Part shown: positions 19,079 to 26,802 of the stretch, piece after piece
Layout of the letters: each line of letters begins with the position of its first letter
Position numbering within the stretch: the first letter of the stretch is position 1
NCBI GenBank assembly: GCA_003222535.1
Contig: QHWJ01000224.1
Coordinates: 5,902-69,901 of the forward strand
Direction of reading: 5' to 3'
DNA: 64,000 nt
DNA from: Acidobacteriota bacterium
GTDB taxonomy: Bacteria > Acidobacteriota > Vicinamibacteria > Vicinamibacterales > CAVVIG01
Notes under the pieces: model-generated
The model's database searches: none
The model's input: only the letters and a program-made list of their open reading frames with translations
Told to the model about the DNA's origin: nothing
Translations under genes and position numbers: made by a program

Positions 19079-19594
19079 CTAGAAAACGACCCGCGCTTTC
19101 CGCGTTTCGATCGTGACGCTGTCGAGGCCCGGAACCTTCTTCAACTCGTCGACGGTCTTGAACTCACCCTTTTCAAGACGGTAGGCGACGATGGCTTCGG
19201 CCACCTTCGCTGGAACGTCCAGCGTGGCTTCGAGATCTTTCGCCGTGGCCTTGTTGATCTTGATCGGTGAGAAGTGCTTCGCCAGATACGTGAGAATCTG
19301 CTCGAACTCCTGGTCGTTTGCCTCGGCGCCAAACCGCGCCATCTGATCGATCACCTCAGACCATTCCTGCCGGGTTCGCATGGTCTGAATCACGGTCTCC
19401 GCGGTGTGACAGTTACCGCACACCCTCAGCAACGCGGTCCTGCCGTCCGTGTTGGGAAATGGGTCCTGGGCGACGCCAGAGGTCGCAGACGGCGGCGTCT
19501 GCGAGACGGGCGGCGACGTCGACGCCGCCGTCACGACGGCGAACGCCACACGGGACATGAGCAGTGCAATGGTGGCGCGTGTCATGTCTCGCAT
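19079..19594 (-). CDS. Secreted mono-haem c-type cytochrome domain fused to a ComEA-like helix-hairpin-helix domain
   Basis: The ATG at 19594 gives MRDMTRATIALLMSRVAFAVVTAAS, a signal peptide. There is a single CGNCH (CxxCH) haem-binding motif. The C terminus KATAKDLEATLDVPAKVAEAIVAYRLEKGEFKTVDELKKVPGLD is a typical HhH/ComEA motif. Confidence 0.75.
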   Translation of the reverse strand: MRDMTRATIALLMSRVAFAVVTAASTSPPVSQTPPSATSGVAQDPFPNTDGRTALLRVCGNCHTAETVIQTMRTRQEWSEVIDQMARFGAEANDQEFEQILTYLAKHFSPIKINKATAKDLEATLDVPAKVAEAIVAYRLEKGEFKTVDELKKVPGLDSVTIETRKARVVF

Positions 19595-19628
19595 GATAGC
19601 GCGAGCACGAAACGGCACCAAAAGCCTT

Positions 19629-19670
19629 GGTTTCGTTTCGTGTGTTTCGAAGCTTTCGTGTCTTTCGTGG
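19629..19670. repeat. TTTCGTG-unit half element (T-arm only)
   Basis: The sequence is ggtttcgtttcgtgtgtttcgaagctttcgtgtctttcgtgg. There is no complementary arm in the same gap. The complementary-sense arm lies at 20825-20880, on the other side of the next gene. Confidence 0.75.
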
Positions 19671-19725
19671 CATGCTCGAAGGTTGGAGGTGCAAATGAGA
19701 AGAGCCCGCGCATAATGACAGCCTC

Positions 19726-20772
19726 ATGTCCGTCTCGCGCGAATATCGCGGCCGGCGCGCAGCGATCGTCGAGAACGACGACGTGCGTGTGACGGTACTC
19801 GAGGAGGGGGGCCACATCGCTGAGATTCTCGACAAGCGATCGGGGGTCAATCCGTTGTGGACGCCGCCGTGGAAGTCGATTGAGCCGTCGACATACCTGC
19901 GGGCGAGACACACCGAATACGGCTCCGGATCCGATGCGAAGCTGCTCGCCGGCATCATGGGACACAACCTGTGTGTCGACATCTTCGGCGGGCCATCGGA
20001 TGAAGAAGCGGCGGCCGGACTGACACCCCACGGAGACGCGTCCATCGTGCCATACGAGCTCGAGGTCGCAGGACAGGCGATGTCGATGCGCGCCTTGCTG
20101 CCGCTCGCGGAGCTTCGAATCGAGCGCCGGCTCGAGCTTCGCGACCGCGCCATCAGCATTCGAGAGGCCATCGAAAACGTGACCGCGTGCGATCGTCCCA
20201 TCGGCTGGACCGAGCACGTCACGCTCGGCCCGCCGTTCCTCGAGAAAGGGCTCACGGAGCTCCGTGCGTCTGCGACGCGGTCGAAGGTGTTCGAGCGCGC
20301 TTTCGGCGTAGATGATTACTTGCTCGCCGGCGCCACATTCGACTGGCCGTTTGCACCACGCGTCGACGGTGGCAGATGCGACCTGCGCCGGTTCACCAGC
20401 GCCACCGCGTCCAGCGCGTACACGGCGCATCTCATGGACGCGGCCCGCGAGCACGCCTTCTTTGTCGCCTTTTCTCCGAGGGCGCGCCTGGCGTTCGGCT
20501 GTCTGTGGCAACGGCGGGATTTTCCGTGGCTCGGAATCTGGGAGGAGAACCACAGCCGCAGCCGCGCCCCGTGGAACGGCGCGACGTTGGCCTGCGGAAT
20601 GGAATTCGGCGCGTCGCCGATGCCCGAATCGCGGCGCGAGATGATCGACCGTGGCCGGCTCTTCGATGTCCCGACCTATCGGTGGATCCCCGCGAAGAGC
20701 CGGGTGGAGGTCGAGTACTGGGCCATCATCCGCGACGCCGACGCGGTGCCCGAGCTCCTCGACTTGCCCTAG
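19726..20772 (+). CDS. Galactose-mutarotase-like (aldose 1-epimerase superfamily) protein, putative
   Basis: This is a clean 348-aa ORF. The assignment is by overall resemblance (VRVTVLEEGGHIAEILDKRSGVNPLW...HGDASIVPYE...GWTEHVTLGPPF) and was not verified by any search. Confidence 0.55.
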   Translation: MSVSREYRGRRAAIVENDDVRVTVLEEGGHIAEILDKRSGVNPLWTPPWKSIEPSTYLRARHTEYGSGSDAKLLAGIMGHNLCVDIFGGPSDEEAAAGLTPHGDASIVPYELEVAGQAMSMRALLPLAELRIERRLELRDRAISIREAIENVTACDRPIGWTEHVTLGPPFLEKGLTELRASATRSKVFERAFGVDDYLLAGATFDWPFAPRVDGGRCDLRRFTSATASSAYTAHLMDAAREHAFFVAFSPRARLAFGCLWQRRDFPWLGIWEENHSRSRAPWNGATLACGMEFGASPMPESRREMIDRGRLFDVPTYRWIPAKSRVEVEYWAIIRDADAVPELLDLP

Positions 20773-20824
20773 CAGCCGACGGCGGGCGTCAGCCGCAATG
20801 TATGGAACATGGTTCCTCAACAGG

Positions 20825-20880
20825 CACGAGACTCACGAAAAAGCGAGACACGAAAGAGATTTGGTTTCGAGCCGTGTCGC
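20825..20880. repeat. CACGAAA-unit half element (A-arm), with a short internal hairpin
   Basis: The sequence is cacgagactcacgaaaaagcgagacacgaaagagatttggtttcgagccgtgtcgc. It is in inverted orientation relative to 19629-19670. Confidence 0.7.
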
Positions 20881-21146
20881 TAACCGGCAGTCCGGATCGA
20901 TCTGGAGCACTTGACCCTCAGCCACGACGCGGGCAGAATGCGCCGCAAACGACACGGTGTGTGTGAACGGCGCGGAGGCGCCGTTGGCAGGTAACACGAG
21001 TTGCACCAGACGGCCGCTCATGCGATCGTGAGCGGCCGCTGGTGAACGCCGAGCGTTGGGCAGAACTGAAGACGACTTGAACAACGCCAATCGGAGGAAT
21101 CCTGGCGACACTGGAGTGGCCGCAATGGTGGACGTGGGAACTGGAG

Positions 21147-21362
21147 TTGAGCGCCCATCTTCTGAAGCGCATGGAGGATCGCACATTCAACGAGGTTGAC
21201 CTGCGGCGCATGCTTGAGTACGCGAGCGGTCATCGCGCCGACATCCTGGAAGGGCGGTTCGTCATCGATGCCAGGCATGCCGGACTGCCTTGGGCAGTCA
21301 TCGTCGAGCCGGACGAAGTGCGCGAGCTCTTGGTGGTCATTACAGCGTATCCTGTGGAATGA
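21147..21362 (+). CDS. DUF4258-family toxin-like small protein
   Basis: LSAHLLKRMEDRTFNEVDLRRMLE...VVITAYPV fits the DUF4258 pattern (S-H-A-x-x-R-M-x-x-R). The start is a TTG, and no ATG or GTG lies in frame after the upstream stop at 21078-80. The stop overlaps the next ATG (ATGA). Confidence 0.6.
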   Translation: MSAHLLKRMEDRTFNEVDLRRMLEYASGHRADILEGRFVIDARHAGLPWAVIVEPDEVRELLVVITAYPVE

Positions 21363-21640
21363 GCAGAGTCATGAAAGACCCCTACCTCGAAGTCACGTTC
21401 CGGCACGGCCGACCAATCGCGGCGTACTACTATCTTCCGCGCGACGCGAACGAGAAGAGCGCTCGAACGCGGAGAGTCGAGCCCGGTTTGGTCATCGACT
21501 TCACGGCAGAAGGCCAGGCGATCGGAATCGAGATCACGGCACCAGGCAAGGTCTCTCTCGCGGCACTAAACGCCGTTCTCAAAGAACTCGGGCACGCGCC
21601 GGCCAGCGAGGCTGATCTTGCGCCAGTGCTCGCCGCATGA
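21359..21640 (+). CDS. DUF2283-family small protein (partner of DUF4258)
   Basis: The ATG at 21359 gives MSRVMKDPYLEVTFRHG...GLVIDFTAEGQAIGIEITAP, the characteristic DUF2283 core. It overlaps the upstream gene by 4 nt. Confidence 0.65.
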   Translation: MSRVMKDPYLEVTFRHGRPIAAYYYLPRDANEKSARTRRVEPGLVIDFTAEGQAIGIEITAPGKVSLAALNAVLKELGHAPASEADLAPVLAA

Positions 21641-22080
21641 ACGGTCTGCCTCACATGGCGCTGCACCCGACGCCGCCCACGTCGCTCGAGCGCCGCAGCT
21701 CATCCCTAACCTAACCTAGCTTCGCTTAGCTGCTAGGCACGTGCAACATTCACGGAATCGTGTCCTGCATGGGACACCCTGCAACGACGGTGAAGCTTTT
21801 GATGTGCTGGCACACGCGCGAGGTTTTTTGGAAAGTCTGTACTCAGATCGAGCGCAATGACTCCGCGGCACAATCGATTGCCGGCTAACAACCGAATGGA
21901 GCCGATGCGCCCTCGTCTGTGCGAATATGTCAACGTGACGCGCGGCTCATTCGTGATCGTCAGGCAGACCGGTTGCATTTGTGCGAACGTTAAATGTGGG
22001 AAGAAGGAGAGATACGGATGGGGCGACCGTCGTAGAGCCATAGACGTCGTTGCGCCGCCCGAACAAAGGGGGGAACCCAA

Positions 22081-22449
22081 ATGGTGAAATACCTCTTCGC
22101 AATTAGCGTCGCCGGCTTCATCGCGTGGGGCGTTGCGGGTATCGCTCAGGAATCCGCGTGCCTGCATGGAGCTTCAGAAGGGCCTGCCGAACTCACCCGA
22201 CGTCACGGCGCGCTTCGCGTCGCCCGCCAGGTGAACACAGTCGAGAATGCCATCCACAGTCAAGGGCAGCGATATCGGTCCTGGAATGAGCTTTCGGAAG
22301 TCTCTGCCCCGCCGGAAGGTTTTCATGCCCAACTCTCCACCGACGGGATAACCTACGCTTTCTCGATCAAGGACACTTGGGACGCCTGTCATTTTGCGTT
22401 CTTCTCAGATCAGGAGGGCGTGATTTACACAGCAGTACCAATCCGTTAG
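22081..22449 (+). CDS. Hypothetical small secreted protein
   Basis: The ATG is preceded by a G-rich SD (aaaggggggaaccc). The N terminus MVKYLFAISVAGFIAWGVAGIAQES looks like a signal peptide. I recognise no family. The gene lies in a stretch that is visibly lower in GC. Confidence 0.45.
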   Translation: MVKYLFAISVAGFIAWGVAGIAQESACLHGASEGPAELTRRHGALRVARQVNTVENAIHSQGQRYRSWNELSEVSAPPEGFHAQLSTDGITYAFSIKDTWDACHFAFFSDQEGVIYTAVPIR

Positions 22450-22620
22450 GTTCTCGCGGAGCTCCGTGATTGTTCGACGCGACTGAGAAAGCGACATCGC
22501 GGCTGACAGCTCGCCGAGCACTTCGCCAGGATGGGCGGATTGTGCGTCTTCATCAGTCGCCCTCAAAGGTAGTCTTCGTCGTCAACGCAAGCTCGCGCAA
22601 TCAGAAATCAATGGACAATC

Positions 22621-23421
22621 ATGTCTGAAGACGCGCAGGCTGCCGCGACCTACGGCAGCTATCTCAAGATCGACGATCTCCTGTCGCTGCAGCAGCCGCG
22701 CTCGGCGGGGCCCGAACATGACGAGACGCTCTTCATCATCATCCACCAGGTGTACGAGCTCTGGTTCAAAGAGCTGCTGCACGAGCTCGATCGGGCCATG
22801 CAGCTCCTCGAAGCGGACGAATCGCATCGTTCGCAGCACACACTGAAACGGATCCTGACAATCCTGAAAGTCATGGTCGCGCAGCTCGACATTCTCGAAA
22901 CGATGACGCCGCTCGAGTTCCTCAGCTTTCGCGAGCGGCTCGATGCGGCCAGCGGTTTTCAGTCGGACCAGTTCCGCCAGATCGAGTTTCTGCTGGGGGT
23001 GAAGTCGGAGCAGACGATTCGGCGTTTTCCGGACGGCAGCCGCGCGCGTGCCGCGCTCGAGCGCCGATACCGGGCGCCGACGCTCTGGGACGCCTTTCTT
23101 CGGTATCTCTCGCGCGAGCGTTACGACGTTCCACAGTCCCACCTCGCGCGCGACGTGATCGCGCCGGTGGAACCCTCGCACGAGATCCAGCGGATTCTCG
23201 CCGACGTGTATCACCGCGATCCCAAGAACGCGGAGCTGTGCGAGCGCCTTGTCGATCTGGACGAGGGCATCCAGGAGTGGCGCTATCGTCACGTGAAGAT
23301 GGTCGAGCGGACGATCGGCGCCAGGCGGGGAACCGGCGGATCGCCGGGCGCCGCGTATCTGCGGGAGACGGTTGGACGCCCAATCTTTCCCGACCTGTGG
23401 GAAATACGGTCGCAGTTGTAG
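22621..23421 (+). CDS. kynA: Tryptophan 2,3-dioxygenase
   Basis: YGSYLKIDDLLSLQQPRSAGPEHDETLFIIIHQVYELWFKELLHELD, FQSDQFRQIEFLLG, WRYRHVKMVERTIGARRGTGGS and YLRETV are the conserved bacterial TDO blocks. Confidence 0.9.
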   Translation: MSEDAQAAATYGSYLKIDDLLSLQQPRSAGPEHDETLFIIIHQVYELWFKELLHELDRAMQLLEADESHRSQHTLKRILTILKVMVAQLDILETMTPLEFLSFRERLDAASGFQSDQFRQIEFLLGVKSEQTIRRFPDGSRARAALERRYRAPTLWDAFLRYLSRERYDVPQSHLARDVIAPVEPSHEIQRILADVYHRDPKNAELCERLVDLDEGIQEWRYRHVKMVERTIGARRGTGGSPGAAYLRETVGRPIFPDLWEIRSQL

Positions 23422-23431
23422 GATCCAGGCA

Positions 23432-23600
23432 GCCACGAAAGCCACGAAATTGTTTTCTTCGTGCCAAATGCAACCACGAAAACACGAAGACCCTCGAAGA
23501 TCACGAAGAAGAGAAAAGCTTTTCTTCGTGCTCCTTCGTGAGTTTCGTGCCTTCGTGGTCCCGGTAGAGAGTGTTTTTCGTTTTCGTGTTTTTCGTGGTG
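23432..23600. repeat. Nested multi-hairpin element of CACGAAR/YTTCGTG units
   Basis: The outer arms are gccacgaaagccacgaaa (23432-49) and tttcgttttcgtgtttttcgtgg (about 23576-98). The inner hairpin is ccacgaaaacacgaagaccctcgaagatcacgaagaagag - aaaagc - ttttcttcgtgctccttcgtgagtttcgtgccttcgtgg. Confidence 0.8.
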
Positions 23601-23615
23601 TGGTCTTTAGGGGCG

Positions 23616-24014
23616 TTAGGGCTTCGCAGGGACGACGGCGGTCGCCTCTATCTCGACTTTCGCCCGGTCCTCGACCAGCGCCACGACCTGCACCAGCGTC
23701 ATGGCTGGAAAGTGCCGGCCGATGACGCGCCGGTAGGCCTGCCCGACTTCGCTCGAACGCGCGAGGTACTCCCGCTTGTCGGTGATGTACCAGGTGAGGC
23801 GAACCAGGTGCTCGGGCCGCGCGTCCGCCTCGGCAAGGATCTCAACCACGTTGCGCAGCGCCTGCTCGACCTGCGCCACGAAATCATCGCTGACGATCTC
23901 TTGGCGCGCGTTCCAGCCGACCTGGCCGGCGACGAAGACCTGACGGCCCTCCGCGGCCATACCATTGGAGTAGCCGGTCGTGCGCGCCCAGTTCCTGGGA
24001 TGCAGAAGCTGCAT
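23616..24014 (-). CDS. RidA/YjgF family reactive-intermediate deaminase
   Basis: The protein is 132 aa. GYSNGMAAEGRQVFVAGQVGW..., ALRNVVEILAEADARPEHLVRLTWYI and VEIEATAV form the typical RidA pattern. Confidence 0.85.
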   Translation of the reverse strand: MQLLHPRNWARTTGYSNGMAAEGRQVFVAGQVGWNARQEIVSDDFVAQVEQALRNVVEILAEADARPEHLVRLTWYITDKREYLARSSEVGQAYRRVIGRHFPAMTLVQVVALVEDRAKVEIEATAVVPAKP

Positions 24015-24105
24015 GTAAAGGCAGATTCTAGCAGCCCGTGGCGCATGTTTTCGTGGTGCGGTTTGGGATGTCTCTTGATCTCCTGTGCAGTCGCAGGTGC
24101 TCGCG

Positions 24106-25752
24106 TCAGGATTGCGACTTCAGCTTGAAGCGCTGGATCTTGCCGGTCTGCGTTCTGGGCAGCGCGCCCACGAACCTCACCGAACGCGGGTATTTATAGG
24201 GCGCAATCTTCGCCTTCACGTGGTCCTGCAGCCGCTTCACACAGGCCTCGTCCCGCTCGACGCCTTCCTTCAGCACCACATACGCCTGCACGATCTGCCC
24301 GCGCTCGAGGTCCGGCGCGCCGATGACGGCGCATTCCGCCACGTCCGCGTGCGACAGGAGCGCCCCTTCGACCTCGGGCCCGGCGATGTTGTAGCCGGCC
24401 GAAATGATCATGTCGTCGGCACGGGCGACAAAATGGAAGACGCCGTCCTTGTCCCTGACGAAATCGTCGCCTGTCACATTCAAGCCGTCGCGTACGTACG
24501 TGGTCTGGCGATCGTCCGCAAGATAGCGGCAGCCGGTGGGTCCGCGGACGGCCAGGTGCCCTACGGTGCCGTCCGGCACATCCTTCATATCATCGTCGAC
24601 GATCATGGCCTCGTACCCGGTCACGGGACGGCCTGTGGCGCCGGGCGCGGCATCCCCGATGCGATTGCTGATGAAAATGTGCAGCAGCTCGGTGGTGCCG
24701 ATGCCGTCGAGGATCGGTTTTCCGGTTTTCCTCGTCCAGTCCTCGAACACCGGAGCCGGCAACGTCTCCCCCGCCGAGATGGCCATTCGCAGCGACGACA
24801 AATCAGCGCCTTCGTCCATCGCCGCCATCATGGCGCGGTACGCTGTTGGTGAGGTGAAACTGATGGTCGCCTTGTAGGTCTCGATGATGTCGATCATGTT
24901 GGCGGGCGAGGCATTCTCGAGGAGCGTGGCGGTCGCGCCGAAGCGCAGCGGGAAGATGGCGAGGCCGCCCAGGCCGAACGTGAATGCCAGAGGCGGCGAG
25001 CCGACGACCACATCCTCCGGCGTCACGCGCAGCACGTCCCTGGCGTAGCCGTCCGCGATGATCAGCAGGTCGCGGTGGAAATGGACGGTCGCCTTGGGCT
25101 CGCCGGTGGTGCCGGAGGTGAACCCCAGCAGCGCCACGTCGTCTCTCCCGGTTTTTACCGCATCGAATCTCACCGGCTTGTTGAGGGCGATCCGATCGAG
25201 CTCGGCATCGTGATTGGACGTTCCATCGAAGCTGACGACGCTTCCGAGAAACCGGCTGCCCTTGGCGGAGGCGACGAGCTCGTCGGCGATGCGGCTGTCG
25301 CACAGGGCCAGGCCAATCTCGGCCTTGTCGACGATCGTGGTCAGCTCGCCTGCGCGCAGCAGCGGCATGGTGTTGACGGCCACAGCGCCCACCTTGGTGA
25401 CGGCGAGCCAGACCGCCACCATGGCGGGGTTGTTGCCGGATCGAATGAGCACCCGGTTGCCAGGTTTGACGCCGAAGTCCTCCGCGAGGGCGTGAGCCAG
25501 CCGGTTGCTCCAGTCAGACAGCTCCTTGTACGTGCGCCGTCGTCCGTTGCCGATGAGCGCAACATGGTCGCCGAACCCCTTCTCGACCATGCGGTCGGTC
25601 AGTTCAACGGCGACGTTGACGTACTCCGGATATTGAAACTCCGGCCGGTCGAGCAACAGATCGGGCCATTGGTCGGAAGGCGGCAGATGATCTCTCGTAA
25701 AGGTGTCCACGTGCGCGCTCGGGCCCAGCGTAGATCTGCTGACCATCGGCAT
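24106..25752 (-). CDS. Aryl-CoA ligase, 2-aminobenzoate(anthranilate)/benzoate-CoA ligase-like (AMP-binding family)
   Basis: The N terminus HVDTFTRDHLPPSDQWPDLLLDRPEFQYPEYVNVAVELTD is typical of the aminobenzoate/benzoate-CoA ligase clade. AMP-binding motifs are FTSGTTGEPKATVH, GYNIAGPEVE and PRTQTGKIQR. The gene sits with an anthraniloyl-CoA monooxygenase/reductase-type gene. Confidence 0.8.
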   Translation of the reverse strand: MPMVSRSTLGPSAHVDTFTRDHLPPSDQWPDLLLDRPEFQYPEYVNVAVELTDRMVEKGFGDHVALIGNGRRRTYKELSDWSNRLAHALAEDFGVKPGNRVLIRSGNNPAMVAVWLAVTKVGAVAVNTMPLLRAGELTTIVDKAEIGLALCDSRIADELVASAKGSRFLGSVVSFDGTSNHDAELDRIALNKPVRFDAVKTGRDDVALLGFTSGTTGEPKATVHFHRDLLIIADGYARDVLRVTPEDVVVGSPPLAFTFGLGGLAIFPLRFGATATLLENASPANMIDIIETYKATISFTSPTAYRAMMAAMDEGADLSSLRMAISAGETLPAPVFEDWTRKTGKPILDGIGTTELLHIFISNRIGDAAPGATGRPVTGYEAMIVDDDMKDVPDGTVGHLAVRGPTGCRYLADDRQTTYVRDGLNVTGDDFVRDKDGVFHFVARADDMIISAGYNIAGPEVEGALLSHADVAECAVIGAPDLERGQIVQAYVVLKEGVERDEACVKRLQDHVKAKIAPYKYPRSVRFVGALPRTQTGKIQRFKLKSQS

Positions 25753-25777
25753 TCCTTTCTAGAGACGAAAAGCCTTA

Positions 25778-25956
25778 TCACGAAACACACGAAAGACACG
25801 AAAACACGAAACAAATGACACTTGAAAAAAAGAGGTCAGGAGGCCGAGAAGTTCTATCTGGAAGAACAGCCCAACTCTTGATCTCTTGATCTTCTGTGAG
25901 GTCGTGTGCTTGAGTCGTCTTTTTCGTGGGTTTCGTGTATTTCGTGCTTTTCGTGG
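25778..25956. repeat. CACGAAA / TTTCGTG inverted arrays separated by a spacer of about 100 nt
   Basis: The left arm is tcacgaaacacacgaaagacacgaaaacacgaaac (25778-25812). The right arm is tctttttcgtgggtttcgtgtatttcgtgcttttcgtgg (about 25918-56). The spacer contains ctcttgatctcttgatcttctg. Confidence 0.85.
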
Positions 25957-25992
25957 TCTGGTCTTGGATTAGCGCCTCTTAACTTAACTTAA

Positions 25993-26802
25993 CTAGTCCC
26001 CCGAAAACTTCGGCTTGTGCCTGGCGACGAACGCGTCGTAGGCGCGTTTGAAGTCTTGCGTCTGCATGCAGATGGCCTGCGCCTGCGCCTCGGCCTCGAT
26101 CGCCTGGTCCAGCGTCATCGACCATTCCTGATTGAGCATGGTCTTGGTCATCATGTGCGCGAAGGTCGGCCCCTCGGCGAGGCTTTGGGCCAGTGCGATG
26201 GCGTCGGTCTCCAGCTCGCCGGCCGGCACGATGCGGTTGAAGAATCCCCAGCGCTCGCCTTCCTCCGCCGACATCGTGCGCCCGGTGAACAGCAGCTCGG
26301 CGGCGCGTCCATGGCCCACGACACGTGGCAGCATCGCGCAGGCTCCCATGTCGCAGCCGGCGAGGCCGACGCGCGTGAAGACAAAGGCGGTCCTGGCCTG
26401 CGGCGAGGCGATGCGCAAGTCCGAGAAAAGCGCGATCATGGCGCCGGCGCCGACGCACACGCCGTCGACGGCCGCGATGACAGGCTGCGGACAGGCGCGC
26501 ATGGCCTTGACGAGATCGCCGGTCAGGCGCGTGAAGGTGAGCAGCCCCTTCATGTCGCGTGTCAGCAGCGGGCCGATGATGTCGTGCACATCTCCTCCCG
26601 AGGAGAAGTTGCCGCCATTCGAGGCGAAGACGAGGGCCTTGATCCCGTCATCCGAGGCGAGCCCCCGGAACGCATCGCGAAGCTCGGCATACGAGTCGAA
26701 GGTCAGCGGGTTCTTCCGCTCGGGCCGCGCGAGCGAGATGATGGCGATGCTGCCGTCGACCCGCCAGTTGAAATGCGTGGGCTGAAGATCTCGGATGCTC
26801 AT
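25993..26802 (-). CDS. Enoyl-CoA hydratase/isomerase (crotonase) family protein
   Basis: Supporting motifs are [17 protein letters not shown]..., [17 protein letters not shown] and [23 protein letters not shown]. The start overlaps the upstream stop (ATGA at 26799-26802). Confidence 0.85.
   Translation of the reverse strand: MSIRDLQPTHFNWRVDGSIAIISLARPERKNPLTFDSYAELRDAFRGLASDDGIKALVFASNGGNFSSGGDVHDIIGPLLTRDMKGLLTFTRLTGDLVKAMRACPQPVIAAVDGVCVGAGAMIALFSDLRIASPQARTAFVFTRVGLAGCDMGACAMLPRVVGHGRAAELLFTGRTMSAEEGERWGFFNRIVPAGELETDAIALAQSLAEGPTFAHMMTKTMLNQEWSMTLDQAIEAEAQAQAICMQTQDFKRAYDAFVARHKPKFSGD

Noticed and set aside
21733-22167. 144-aa minus-strand ORF in the low-GC islet.
   Set aside because: It has no ribosome-binding site or recognisable domain. 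Its sequence is Cys/His/Arg-rich and irregular, and it overlaps the better-supported start of 22081-22449.
22455-22600. Minus-strand reading GEVLGELSAAMSLSQSRRTITELREN resembling an HTH segment.
   Set aside because: The open frame is only about 50 codons, with no start. It overlaps the 3' end of 22081-22449. At best it is a gene fragment, and it is mentioned only as supporting evidence for the islet.
4207-25956. Possibility that the CACGAAA-type arrays are CRISPR arrays or iterons of a plasmid origin.
   Set aside because: The units are only 7-10 nt and directly abutting, with no unique spacers. They always occur as complementary paired arms. No cas, rep or par genes are nearby. They are reported instead as a hairpin repeat family.
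25979-25995. Pentamer tandem repeats ttaac x3 (25979-25995) and cctaa-like x3 (about 21704-21718).
   Set aside because: They are too short to be more than slippage-prone microsatellites. The first merely overlaps a stop codon region. I can support no function.
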